Virus record (IMG/VR): IMGVR_UViG_3300022666_000286
Span: 1 to 52,835 of that record
Length of the DNA: 52,835 nt
Direction: 5' to 3' (one strand)
Source of the DNA: a virus
Lineage: Duplodnaviria > Caudoviricetes
The stretch's first letter is position 1. Each line of letters starts with the position of its first letter. The notes below the pieces were generated by a model. That model made no database searches, had not been told where the DNA came from, and saw only the letters and a program-made list of their open reading frames with translations. The translations under genes were made by a program, and so were the position numbers. Of the stretch, positions 28,068 through 37,156 are shown one piece after another.

Positions 28068-28644
28068 AATTATTCCCTCTCATTGCTTGCTCAATGGTGC
28101 TTAACTTAACCTTCCATAGATTACTCAAGGCGATGACACACATTAATGGTCGTGTTATCCAAAAATCACCACGCTCGCTGATTATAGCCAGCGCAAACCG
28201 GCCCGGCGCCGGTTCTCCGGCTGCAATATACACCCGCCGTCCGGTTGATTGCTTCCGCTGTCTGGCTATTTCGATCTGGCTCGATGTGGATTGAGAGCCT
28301 GTTATTTGTAGCCAGTTCTGGCTACCTGGCAGCCAGAACATTGGTGTTTGGTATGTCATTTCCACTCCCAAATTGTTCATCACCCGCGCCCATCGTTCTT
28401 CGGTGGCGGTTTGGCAGTTTGGCTCAGGTACGCCGGCCGCGTCAGCAGAAACAACAGAACCATTGCCCGGACCATATTCAAAATTACCGTCAGCTCCATT
28501 CAGGACTCCCTGCCAATACTCAATCTGGCTGAGATACAGTTGTTTCCAGTTTGGTGTTACGAACGTCCAACTATCATCTTTGGGCTGCTGTAACAACACC
28601 TCAAAGTAGGCTATTCTGGCTTTAGCTTGATCGAGTCTATTCAT
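27943..28644 (-). CDS. Hypothetical protein
   Basis: Likely start MNRLDQ at 28644; in operon order. Confidence 0.5.
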   Translation of the reverse strand: MNRLDQAKARIAYFEVLLQQPKDDSWTFVTPNWKQLYLSQIEYWQGVLNGADGNFEYGPGNGSVVSADAAGVPEPNCQTATEERWARVMNNLGVEMTYQTPMFWLPGSQNWLQITGSQSTSSQIEIARQRKQSTGRRVYIAAGEPAPGRFALAIISERGDFWITRPLMCVIALSNLWKVKLSTIEQAMRGNNYGNKPQIQRPTTDDSEGTNHAGAQVGRDQLKNQSRPVHRPG

Positions 28645-28663
28645 CCATTGTCCCTTGCCTGGC

Positions 28664-29569
28664 CTAAATCTTCTCTTTCTCCATAGCGGGTAGAGCCTCA
28701 AACAGCGCCAACTGCCCCAGCGCCGCTTTCTTTCTGGCCCGGATCACCGGCGTGCGGCCCAAATCTGTTGTTTTGCGCCGTTTTACCTGCACCTTGCCCA
28801 GGTTACTTTCGCCCATAATGTTTTCGCCCACCAAAAACACTTCGCCGGTGCGCAAGTGGAGCAACTGTTGAAAGCTAACCACCGACAGGTATTTACGGAC
28901 CACCTGGTCGTAGTCTGGCCGGTAGGTGGTTTTGCCAAAAATACGCACGTTAGAGCCAAAAATCACCCGTTTGCTGAGAAACGTTGACCGTTGCGAGGCG
29001 ACCACCAGCATCATCCCCCGCTTGCGGCCATCGTGAGCCACTTTGAACAAGGCTTTACGGCTGGCGGTCTCGGCCTCATCGGCCCGACCTTCGGGCGCAA
29101 ATATATGGGCTTCATCCACCAAAACCAGCGCCGGGGTGCGCATTTTGCCGGCCAACCTAAAATGCTCGTTCACCAGCCGGGCAAAGGCAAACTGGGCCAA
29201 ATCCGGGTCGTCCTGATCCGACAAATCTACCACCAGGCTGTAATCATCCTCCAGCAGCATCCGAACCAGCTTTGGCCCATCCTTGCCCACCTCACTCAGC
29301 GGATAATGCGCCCGGCGGAGCGGCTCATCGTGGCCGGGGTGGCCCACCACCACCACATCCGGCCCCAGTTCGCGCAGCGAGCAGGCATCGCCGTTGGGGT
29401 CAAAAAACAAAAACGGGATACCCTGGCTGTAGGCTTCTTCGGCCAGCACCGCCATAATGTTACTTTTGCCCATCCCCGGATTACCGATGATGGCCATCCG
29501 TAACCCTTCGGTTTCATAGGGCGGCTCGGTTAGTTTTATTTGCACCCCGTGGGCTAACTCAAGTTGCAT
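28664..29569 (-). CDS. HerA/DUF87-like P-loop ATPase
   Basis: GNPGMGKS, FFDPNGD, LVDEAH, GRKRG, ASQR. Confidence 0.85.
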   Translation of the reverse strand: MQLELAHGVQIKLTEPPYETEGLRMAIIGNPGMGKSNIMAVLAEEAYSQGIPFLFFDPNGDACSLRELGPDVVVVGHPGHDEPLRRAHYPLSEVGKDGPKLVRMLLEDDYSLVVDLSDQDDPDLAQFAFARLVNEHFRLAGKMRTPALVLVDEAHIFAPEGRADEAETASRKALFKVAHDGRKRGMMLVVASQRSTFLSKRVIFGSNVRIFGKTTYRPDYDQVVRKYLSVVSFQQLLHLRTGEVFLVGENIMGESNLGKVQVKRRKTTDLGRTPVIRARKKAALGQLALFEALPAMEKEKI

Positions 29570-30678
29570 TATTCACCTCGTTCGATAAATTTCAGTTCCA
29601 CCGGGCCGTCCACAAATTGTTTCAGCGCCCGCGCCATGTGGTTTTTTAGCCGGGTTTCCAGCCATTCTTTGGTGTAATTGTTCTCAACCTCCACCGTCCA
29701 CACCCCATCATCAGCGGAGATGAGCGTTGTGTCTTTAAGACACGTGTCAAATGTGGCTTTGGTCATTTGCAGCCGTAACACATTTAGCACATCCGCCCAA
29801 AGCTCCGCCTGTTTATCCGGCGGAGGTAGCGCCAGAGCCTCCACCGGCGATGGTTCTCCGGCCATAGCCCGGGCCTCGGCCAGCCGGGTACTGATTATTT
29901 TCTGAAAGTACGGCAGTGGTTTTTTAGGCTGGTACGCCGCCGTTTTGTCTATGGCGGCTATCAGCCAATCTCTGGCCGTTTCTCCGCCGGTGATGGCCGC
30001 TTGCCGCAGGTCGGGGTCGGCTAACAACCGGTCAATAACCTCATTGGCGTTGATACCGCCGTTATTACCGCCAAAATAACGCTGCCAGAGTAGTTTTGGC
30101 TCTGTATCGTCACAAATCTGTGACGGTGGTGAGGTATCGTCATAAATTTGTGACGATACCTCGTTAGATGATGACTCCTTATCTTTTAAATCATTAATAG
30201 AATCATCATCATGATCAATCGTATCGTCATGAATTTGTGACGGGTATCGGCATGAATTTGTGACAGGGGGTTTACCATTGTGAGGGGACTCAGAGGAGGG
30301 CTTTTCACCCTCTGAATTTTGATAAGTCTGGACCTCCGGCTCAATAAGTCGGCTGGGCTGAAGGGCGCTTGCCAAGTCACCGGAATCGGCAGGGGTCAAT
30401 CGCTGCCGCCCATCGGTGAGGGTGATCGCGGTCACCAAGTTCATCCCAATTAATTTACCGAGGAGCCTTCTCACTTTTTCCCTGTTGGTATTCAAGTAGA
30501 TACCAAGCTCGGCGTTGTAGCACTCCACAAAGCCGTGCTGCCAACTGAGCGCCACCAAAATCTGGTACAGCCGGTACGCCTGATCCGGCAACTCAGCATT
30601 GAGCAGCGGAATAACGGATGACGTAAATGTTTTTCGTGGGGGTAAGGCAAACGGGTTTGAGCGTGTTTTACGCGGCAT
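29569..30678 (-). CDS. Replication initiator: N-terminal wHTH, internal iterons, C-terminal DnaA domain I-like
   Basis: LWADVLNVLRLQMTKATFDTCLKDT...KEWLETRL resembles the DnaA N-terminus; internal repeats. Confidence 0.8.
   Translation of the reverse strand: MPRKTRSNPFALPPRKTFTSSVIPLLNAELPDQAYRLYQILVALSWQHGFVECYNAELGIYLNTNREKVRRLLGKLIGMNLVTAITLTDGRQRLTPADSGDLASALQPSRLIEPEVQTYQNSEGEKPSSESPHNGKPPVTNSCRYPSQIHDDTIDHDDDSINDLKDKESSSNEVSSQIYDDTSPPSQICDDTEPKLLWQRYFGGNNGGINANEVIDRLLADPDLRQAAITGGETARDWLIAAIDKTAAYQPKKPLPYFQKIISTRLAEARAMAGEPSPVEALALPPPDKQAELWADVLNVLRLQMTKATFDTCLKDTTLISADDGVWTVEVENNYTKEWLETRLKNHMARALKQFVDGPVELKFIERGE
30104..30265. repeat. Iteron origin: four 22-bp repeats around an AT-rich core
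   Basis: GTATCGTCAYRAATYTGTGACG-like at 30104, 30134, 30221, 30244; AT-rich 30175-30220. Confidence 0.85.
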
Positions 30679-30686
30679 AGTTTGGC

Positions 30687-31358
30687 TTATAGGGGCAGGC
30701 GCATAGTGCGCGGCTGCAAGATTTCAATCTCATTCCAGTTCCAGGCCGGTTGAGGCAGTCGCCGGCACCAGCCAAACTTACCTTTTGGCCCAGGCACAGG
30801 CAGCCCGGCAGAATTGGTATACATGGGCTGCCAGTTCATTTGGCGGTACAGAGTGCCGCGATGAAAGGCCGGATCGTGATAACTGATGATTAATTCTATG
30901 TGGTATGGCTGGTCTGGTAACACCGGCGGCCACAGACTAATACGGTCCGTCTGAATCCGTTTTAGCACTTCACCCACCACCCAACTGGCCACTGCCGGTC
31001 GCCACTGACCGCCCCGATCCACAAAACCCGGTACCACCCCGGCGCGGCAGGCTTTGCCGCCATATTGCAATACGCTATCCAGATAAATGCGACACAGATC
31101 AACCACCTGCCATTGCGTTATCAACCCCGGATAGCCCCACCAACCGCTACAACGGGTTGCGTGCGGGATACCGGCTATCACCAGGCCGGCATCCCAGTTA
31201 TCTAAAGCAACCACATACACCATTGGCCGGGCGCGGTTGTCAACCGGTCGGCGCAGGTAGTGATAATATGTGACCGTTTCCTGCGCCCAGGCCAGGTCAG
31301 CTTTATTCCCAAGACGAATAGTGAGCCTGTGTGAATCCTGAATCTGGGCGCTGGGCAT
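30687..31358 (-). CDS. Mom-like (GNAT-fold) DNA modification protein
   Basis: YHYL, DLCRIYL, IISYHDP..H.GTLYRQMNW resemble Mu Mom family motifs. Confidence 0.65.
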   Translation of the reverse strand: MPSAQIQDSHRLTIRLGNKADLAWAQETVTYYHYLRRPVDNRARPMVYVVALDNWDAGLVIAGIPHATRCSGWWGYPGLITQWQVVDLCRIYLDSVLQYGGKACRAGVVPGFVDRGGQWRPAVASWVVGEVLKRIQTDRISLWPPVLPDQPYHIELIISYHDPAFHRGTLYRQMNWQPMYTNSAGLPVPGPKGKFGWCRRLPQPAWNWNEIEILQPRTMRLPL

Positions 31359-31360
31359 GG

Positions 31361-32158
31361 TTATTCGTCCTCGTCGCGGTTGTCGGTATCGTCGTCGTAG
31401 TCGGCTTCGTCCGGTTCAGTTTCCTTCGGCGTTTTGGTTAATTTTCCGGCGGCGTGTTGCTGATAGTAGGCGGTGAGCTTTGACCAGTCACCGTCAGTGC
31501 AATCAATGATGGTTGTTTTTGGATGATCCTCAAGAATTCTGGAGATTGCCCACAGGCGGTTCGATTCCGTAAACCCTAACCGGTGCAGGCTACTCCACCA
31601 GCCACCATCATCCTTAATATGTGGGGGAATTCCGTTGTCGTGATGAACCAACACCGCCAGGTCAATTCTGTAATTTGTTTCGACAACCAAATATTCCAAT
31701 TCTGGCAGGTCACTTTCATTAGTGACTTCATCATAGATAGTGTAATTATTGAACTCACCCATATAGAGTGCATTCCCAAGGGTCAGGCAGCGATGAATGT
31801 ACTCCAGCCGGTGTCCCTTCATTTTGACAGGCGCATCTTTCCAACTACCGGGCAATTCCACACCAAATGGGACAATAGCCATAACTCGCTCTGCCTCGAC
31901 AACAGCTACCTGGTAGCGGGTGTCAACGCTATATGGAGCCGGTTTGCGGTACATTTCAAACTCTGTGTCAACTTCATTCTGAACCTGGCGTTTGATAGCC
32001 TCCAGGTTATCGGCAAAAACAGCGTGCAAGTCATCGTCGGGGGTGACAAACACCGGCATACTCACGCCGGCGCGAATGCTTGTGTACGGCTCGGCCTGCT
32101 TGGTCAGGTGATAATCAATGGTCATCACTGCAATTTGATCATTATTTAGTTGGGTCAT
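31361..32158 (-). CDS. Hypothetical protein with acidic tail
   Basis: 265 aa ORF in operon, lower-GC core. Confidence 0.6.
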   Translation of the reverse strand: MTQLNNDQIAVMTIDYHLTKQAEPYTSIRAGVSMPVFVTPDDDLHAVFADNLEAIKRQVQNEVDTEFEMYRKPAPYSVDTRYQVAVVEAERVMAIVPFGVELPGSWKDAPVKMKGHRLEYIHRCLTLGNALYMGEFNNYTIYDEVTNESDLPELEYLVVETNYRIDLAVLVHHDNGIPPHIKDDGGWWSSLHRLGFTESNRLWAISRILEDHPKTTIIDCTDGDWSKLTAYYQQHAAGKLTKTPKETEPDEADYDDDTDNRDEDE

Positions 32159-32200
32159 CGTTCCTCCGGGAATAATTTTTACGCTATTGTGATAGGTTTA

Positions 32201-32806
32201 TTAACGTCGGCACCAGCTACAGGTACAATCGGGTGCCGGGCCGCCATCATCAAGCCGCTTCAGAAGCAAGGCCGCCTTGTCGTCCAACTCATCTTGTCTG
32301 GTCGGGTCCGGCAGCACTTCAAAGACGCGGATCGGCACCCCGGCCCATTCCCGGTAAACAATATCGCGGGCCGTGTAAATGATGAGCGCCCGTGGCCACC
32401 CGCCATGGCGCAGGTACATCTGCACCTGGTCAACGTGCTCGGCCTTGGGGCCGCCGTACAGTTTGGTAAAATTGCTCCAGTCCACGCTCTTGCACTCAAG
32501 TAGCGTGCCATCATCCAGTACAAAATCCACGTGGCCCCGAAACCGGCTGTCAAATCCGGCCACCACCTCGAGCTGTGCTGCCGGTGGTTCACACCCCAGT
32601 AACCGGATCAGGCTGTGCTCGTGCATGCAACCGGCGTAGCTGTACCAGGCCATCCGATCATCGTCTTGTTTGCCTTCAACCAAATCAAGAAATGTTTTGC
32701 GTGGGCACAGACCGATACTGCTCATTCCCAGATAATCGCGCTGCTGCACATTGGCAGCGGCAATCAGGGCGTTCTTCAACTGCTGTTCCATTTCTTGCGG
32801 GGTCAT
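32201..32806 (-). CDS. Cas4-like PD-(D/E)XK nuclease
   Basis: CPRK, GHVD, ECKS, QVQMY, C-terminal CTCSWC (Fe-S-type cysteines). Confidence 0.8.
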   Translation of the reverse strand: MTPQEMEQQLKNALIAAANVQQRDYLGMSSIGLCPRKTFLDLVEGKQDDDRMAWYSYAGCMHEHSLIRLLGCEPPAAQLEVVAGFDSRFRGHVDFVLDDGTLLECKSVDWSNFTKLYGGPKAEHVDQVQMYLRHGGWPRALIIYTARDIVYREWAGVPIRVFEVLPDPTRQDELDDKAALLLKRLDDGGPAPDCTCSWCRR

Positions 32807-33084
32807 TTTGTTTTTTGGTTCCTTTCCTGTTCTAGCTTGTTCAATTTTTTTGCGGCGGTTTCCCACCTATGGTCGGCCTCAAAATACAATTTCTGTTCCT
32901 TTGGCTTTGACAGGTCCAACGACTTCATTTGCAGCAAAGCCGCATCCATATCCGCCAGAGCCTTGTCACACTCACGCCGGTAAATGATTAACGCCAATTC
33001 CGCCGGGTCTATACGGAAAACATACCGCTGAAACAGTTCAATCAACTCCGGTTTGGTCAGATCGTTCAAAGTTGGCGTTTTCAT
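32803..33084 (-). CDS. Hypothetical protein
   Basis: MKTPTLNDLTKPELI, ATGA-coupled to nuclease. Confidence 0.6.
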   Translation of the reverse strand: MKTPTLNDLTKPELIELFQRYVFRIDPAELALIIYRRECDKALADMDAALLQMKSLDLSKPKEQKLYFEADHRWETAAKKLNKLEQERNQKTK

Positions 33085-33089
33085 ATCAA

Positions 33090-33115
33090 GGTTACACAAG
33101 CAACGTTGTTGGCCC
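33090..33115. repeat. dif/lox-like site 4 (GGTTACACAA-GCAACG-TTGTTGGCCC)
   Basis: Arms identical to inverted site at 43895; overlaps E1 stop codon. Confidence 0.8.
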
Positions 33116-33880
33116 TGTTTCAACGGCCTCAACATACTCGCTGCGGGCGTTGCCGGCCTGCAAGTTTACGTAAGTAGCCCAGGTATCCAGGTTGCGGCTG
33201 ATGATGAGCCGGTACAGGTAATGGGCGGCAAAACTGGCCACCGTCTCGTTAACCATCAAGCCCTGAACGTTGGCCAGGGCGTCATCGGCGCAGGCCCGCC
33301 GCCGTTTTTTCTCTTTGGCCACCAACTCCGGCAGCCGCACCGACGGCAGCGGCAACCCGGAGCAATAGCCCAACGGGCTGATTTTGGGCATATCCGCCGC
33401 CAGGTTGCCAATGACCACCTGGCCGTGCTGGTCGCCGTTGCCGCAATCCAGCCACCACCACCGGCCTGGCTTTGCGCGGGCAATTTTGTCAATCACTCGC
33501 CGGGCAGCGGTGTTGTCTACGCAGCCCACCACCACATTCAGGTCAGCCGAATCAATCTTAAGGTTGGCGGCGCTGACCGGCTCGACAAAGAAGCGGATGG
33601 GCAGGCCAAAGGCGCGGCTGTAGCGCACCGCCAGGGCGCGGGCCTTGGGCTGCCCCACTTCGCTGTCTACAAACAATTGCCGCCACAGGTTTTTGCGCTC
33701 TACCGTGTCGGGGTCAATCAGGGTTAAACCCAGTTCAAGGCCCATTTCACGGGCGTGGCCGGCCAGCCGGGCCAGGCGTTGCACCAGGTAACTGCCGGTG
33801 CCGCCACAGCCCACCACGCTGATGGCCACCCGCTGCGGCTGCCCCACGTTCACCACCAGGCTGGGTTTAAGCGCGTCCAT
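33092..33880 (-). CDS. ThiF/E1-like activating enzyme (PRTRC ThiF family)
   Basis: VVGCGGTGS, DPDTVERKNLWRQ, GCVDN..AR, WLDCGN, ACADDAL...QGLMVN (candidate catalytic Cys). Confidence 0.92.
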   Translation of the reverse strand: MDALKPSLVVNVGQPQRVAISVVGCGGTGSYLVQRLARLAGHAREMGLELGLTLIDPDTVERKNLWRQLFVDSEVGQPKARALAVRYSRAFGLPIRFFVEPVSAANLKIDSADLNVVVGCVDNTAARRVIDKIARAKPGRWWWLDCGNGDQHGQVVIGNLAADMPKISPLGYCSGLPLPSVRLPELVAKEKKRRRACADDALANVQGLMVNETVASFAAHYLYRLIISRNLDTWATYVNLQAGNARSEYVEAVETGPTTLLV

Positions 33881-34502
33881 TGGCCCCGCTCCCGTGCAAA
33901 TTTTGCACTGACACATCCCTGATCCCGCCGTCGAGGTCGGCAAACAGCCAGCTTGCCGGCACGTCCACCATATCGCCGTACAGACCCAACCGCACCCGGA
34001 TTTCCGGCGCGGCCAGCACCCGGCCAATGACGGCGTAGAAGCGGAAGCCCTGCTCGTCGGCATCGTCAACCCCGGAGAAAAAGGCGGGCATCGTGTGGTG
34101 GCTGTGCAACTCGCAGACCACGTTGTCGTAGCCCTGGCCGCTGTAGGATTGCACCCGCACCGCGGTTACTTGCTGGGCCGGGCGCGACACCCGGTAGCGG
34201 TCGCCGTCCCAGCGGAAGAGGTAGGTTTGTTCCTGGCGCTGGCGGGCTTTGTCGCGGGCATCCAGCAACACGTAATACAACAGCGTGGCGGGGATGCGCC
34301 CGTGGGCCAGCATCACCATCCCCGCCAAATCAGGCAGGCCGCGCACCCGGCAGGGGGCCACCGGCAAACAGGCGGCCACATAGTTACCGTAAGCCCGTTT
34401 GAACAGGCCGTTACCGGCCAGCAGGTAATCGTACCCGGCCGGGTGGGGCGGCAATTCGCCCCGGTAAATGGAATGGTTGACCAGATCAGCGAACAGATTC
34501 AT
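33867..34502 (-). CDS. JAB/MPN deubiquitinase-like peptidase (PRTRC protein A)
   Basis: ELHSHHTMPAFFSGVDDADE JAMM motif; LLAGNGLF N-terminal motif. Confidence 0.9.
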   Translation of the reverse strand: MNLFADLVNHSIYRGELPPHPAGYDYLLAGNGLFKRAYGNYVAACLPVAPCRVRGLPDLAGMVMLAHGRIPATLLYYVLLDARDKARQRQEQTYLFRWDGDRYRVSRPAQQVTAVRVQSYSGQGYDNVVCELHSHHTMPAFFSGVDDADEQGFRFYAVIGRVLAAPEIRVRLGLYGDMVDVPASWLFADLDGGIRDVSVQNLHGSGANGRA

Positions 34503-35160
34503 ACAGCCACGCCTCCAGAGTGATATTCATCGGGATCAAATCAGCGGTGGGGTATTCCGCCCGCTGTTCCCCGGCCAAAATACGCCACAACGCGGTCACA
34601 TCGGCCGGGTATTGGTTGCTCTTGCCGTTGGCCAGGTCGCGGTTAAACTCGCTCTCAAAAAACAGGCGGGCCGCCGCCCGGATGGTTGCCAACCCGGCCG
34701 GCGGAAAGTTTACCGAGCCGGGGCAAACCCGGCTGCCGGCGTACACGTTGGGAAACGGGGCATGATACAGTCCGGTGGCAGCGGCAGGCCAGCCGGTCTC
34801 GGCCAGCGCCGCCAGCCGGTAGGTGGTTTGATTGCCCGCCAGCACCAGCGGCGGGCAGGGAATGGTGAACCCTTCGCCGCCGGCCAGCCGCACCCGGCGG
34901 GGTTCCGGCGGCAGGTAGAGCGCCACCAGTTCGGCCAGGCCGCGCCGGGCGTAGTAGAGCAGGTGGGGCGGCAGCAGGCCGGGGCTAACCTGCACATCGG
35001 CCAGAATTTGCGCCACATCCAGCGGCGAAACCTCATCTACCTGGGCCGGTTTTCCGCGTTCATATATGGTGCGCAGAATAGACTCGGTATAAATGTCCAG
35101 CGTTAACACCAACTGCTGGCTGTCCAGGTCGGGGCCTGGGGTCAGGTCAAGAATGTTCAT
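34486..35160 (-). CDS. Prokaryotic E2-like enzyme (PRTRC protein B)
   Basis: LYHAPFPNVYAGSRVCPGS with Cys; FFESEF. Confidence 0.88.
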   Translation of the reverse strand: MNILDLTPGPDLDSQQLVLTLDIYTESILRTIYERGKPAQVDEVSPLDVAQILADVQVSPGLLPPHLLYYARRGLAELVALYLPPEPRRVRLAGGEGFTIPCPPLVLAGNQTTYRLAALAETGWPAAATGLYHAPFPNVYAGSRVCPGSVNFPPAGLATIRAAARLFFESEFNRDLANGKSNQYPADVTALWRILAGEQRAEYPTADLIPMNITLEAWLYESVR

Positions 35161-35932
35161 CGGTTAATTCTCCGGTCAGTAAGTAAATGGCCACCTGCCG
35201 CAAAACCGCGGTTTCATTGGCTTGGCAACGATTGAACAGGGTGTTGGCCGGGTCAAAGATTGTTTCCAGCGCCTCCTCGTATTCGGCGGCCAGGGCGGTG
35301 ATGGTTTCCATTGACCAATCGTATTCCCAGCGCAACTCGCCGCTGTCCTCCGGCGACACGTCCACAAACACGTTGCCGGTGTTGCCCACAAGCCAGTAAT
35401 ACATTGCCCGCAGGCCGGGGATGGCGTTTTGTTCCAGCCGCGCGACGGCAACGTTGCGGTCAATCTCCGCCGGCGACGGCAGGGCCAACCCCAGCCGTTT
35501 GGACAGATCCGCCCACCAATTCTGATGTCGTTCCGGCGAATGCTCATCGCTGCTGATGGCCAGCACCAGCCGCCACAGGTCGTTCCAGTCGTCAAAATCA
35601 ATGGCCCACCCCCCGGATAACCCGTCCACCTGCAGAAAATCGGACAGGTCGGGCAGCGCCAATTCGCCCGGCTCGGTTTCGGCCAGTTCGCGCAGTTCGG
35701 CGTACTCCTCGGCGTAATCGGTGTAAACCGGAAAGTATTCCTGGTCATCGAGCGCCTTAACCACCTGGCCCACCGCCGTACTGATACCGGCCGGGGTCAG
35801 TTGCAGGTTGCCGCCGCACAACTCGCGGTAAACCCGGGCAAAATTCATAAATACCAGCCGGTTGGCCAAAGCATCGCGCAGGGCGCTGTAGGCTACCGGG
35901 GGTCGTCGAATGTCCACGTGGCTTTGCTGCAT
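35147..35932 (-). CDS. Acidic helical protein, paralog 1 (PRTRC F position)
   Basis: YFP, NTGNVFVD, W..E.I..LA..Y shared with neighbour. Confidence 0.6.
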   Translation of the reverse strand: MQQSHVDIRRPPVAYSALRDALANRLVFMNFARVYRELCGGNLQLTPAGISTAVGQVVKALDDQEYFPVYTDYAEEYAELRELAETEPGELALPDLSDFLQVDGLSGGWAIDFDDWNDLWRLVLAISSDEHSPERHQNWWADLSKRLGLALPSPAEIDRNVAVARLEQNAIPGLRAMYYWLVGNTGNVFVDVSPEDSGELRWEYDWSMETITALAAEYEEALETIFDPANTLFNRCQANETAVLRQVAIYLLTGELTDEHS

Positions 35933-36675
35933 CGGGTTAACATCTCCATTACGGCATAGTGGTTCTGGTCCGGGGCGGCCTCGAACCAGGTTTTGAACGC
36001 CTCAATCTGCTCAACCACCGGCTGCGCCTGCCGCCAATAATCGGCCAACTGTTGCACATCATCTTTGGTCCAGTACCAAAACGTGTACTGGTAATCCCCC
36101 ACAAAATCCGGGCCGGGCAACAGCAAAAAAGGGTTGGCCAACTGCTGCATAGAAATGTAGATCATCTGCCCCAACCCGGGCCACGGGTCGCCCTGGGCCG
36201 TTAACCAATCCAACCCAATTTGCCAGGCTTCCGCCGAGGCGTAGGGGGCCAGCCACCAGACATCCGGCGGGTAGCCAATATCTTCAAAAAACCATTCATC
36301 CTGCTCTTGCAGGTAATTGAGCAGCATCACCGCGCCGGCGGCCTGCTGGTATGGTTCCAGGTCGCCAATAGCGGCTTCCTCAAATGGAATGCGGTAGCCG
36401 CTGATGGGGACGGTTTCGGCCAGCGGGTCGCCGCCATAAACCAACTCCTCCAGCCACAACCAGTTGAGCGGGAACAACTCCCGGTCAACCCGCTCAAACA
36501 GCCGGTCGGTCAGCCCGGCTAACGTTCCGGCGGGCGGTGGCTCGTTGAAGATGGTGGCCCACAGCCGGGCCGCCTTGAGCGGCGACAACGCCTCATTCAG
36601 CCGCTCGATCAGCGCGGTGTAACTTACAGGCCGGGCGGCGGTATGCGCGACGGGCGCGACGGCATTTGTTGGCAT
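35893..36675 (-). CDS. Acidic helical protein, paralog 2 (PRTRC F position)
   Basis: LFP, LANPFL, W..D.V..LA.YW shared with neighbour. Confidence 0.6.
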   Translation of the reverse strand: MPTNAVAPVAHTAARPVSYTALIERLNEALSPLKAARLWATIFNEPPPAGTLAGLTDRLFERVDRELFPLNWLWLEELVYGGDPLAETVPISGYRIPFEEAAIGDLEPYQQAAGAVMLLNYLQEQDEWFFEDIGYPPDVWWLAPYASAEAWQIGLDWLTAQGDPWPGLGQMIYISMQQLANPFLLLPGPDFVGDYQYTFWYWTKDDVQQLADYWRQAQPVVEQIEAFKTWFEAAPDQNHYAVMEMLTRCSKATWTFDDPR

Positions 36676-36863
36676 TGGGCGCTGATCCGTTTGATTGTGT
36701 CTAACTGCCGGTTTAATTGGGCAACGGCCTGGTCTATCTCTTCCAACCGGGCCAGGTAAATATCCAGGGTATCAGTTCGTTTCACTTCCAGGTAGAGCGA
36801 TACCGCCGGCACGTCCGCCGGCGGTAAGCCGGTCAACCTGGCGGCAAGGCCGGCGGCGGTCAC
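36624..36863 (-). CDS. Small hypothetical protein
   Basis: GTGA-coupled, coiled-coil C-terminus. Confidence 0.5.
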   Translation of the reverse strand: MTAAGLAARLTGLPPADVPAVSLYLEVKRTDTLDIYLARLEEIDQAVAQLNRQLDTIKRISAQCQQMPSRPSRIPPPGL

Positions 36864-37156
36864 AGCACAAATCCCGGCAGCCGGGGCGCAATCTCCGGCG
36901 GCAAACTGGCCAATTGCTGATCCAGCGGCACCAGGCTAACCTGCGGTTTCTCGCGCCAGAGCAGGTAGGTTCCGTTGGGTAGCCAGTATCCGTCGCCGCA
37001 CTGCGAGTAATGGGTGGTCAATGCGGCTGATTTACTGGGAGCCTCAACGGTGACTTTGTGTTCCTGCCAATCGCTTTCGTCCGGCTGCTCGCCGGCTATA
37101 TCTTCCACGGCAGCGGCGGTTAGAATGGTAGCCCACCCGCTAAGGATGAATTTCAT
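36860..37156 (-). CDS. Hypothetical protein
   Basis: Start MKFILSGW after GAAGGGGG. Confidence 0.55.
   Translation of the reverse strand: MKFILSGWATILTAAAVEDIAGEQPDESDWQEHKVTVEAPSKSAALTTHYSQCGDGYWLPNGTYLLWREKPQVSLVPLDQQLASLPPEIAPRLPGFVL

Noticed and set aside
30104-30265. 22-bp palindromic repeats as a mini-CRISPR
   Set aside because: Spacing irregular (8, 65 and 1 bp) and inside the initiator gene; fits iterons
32201-32806. Cas4-like gene as sign of CRISPR-Cas
   Set aside because: No array or other cas genes; solo Cas4-like nucleases are common in phages
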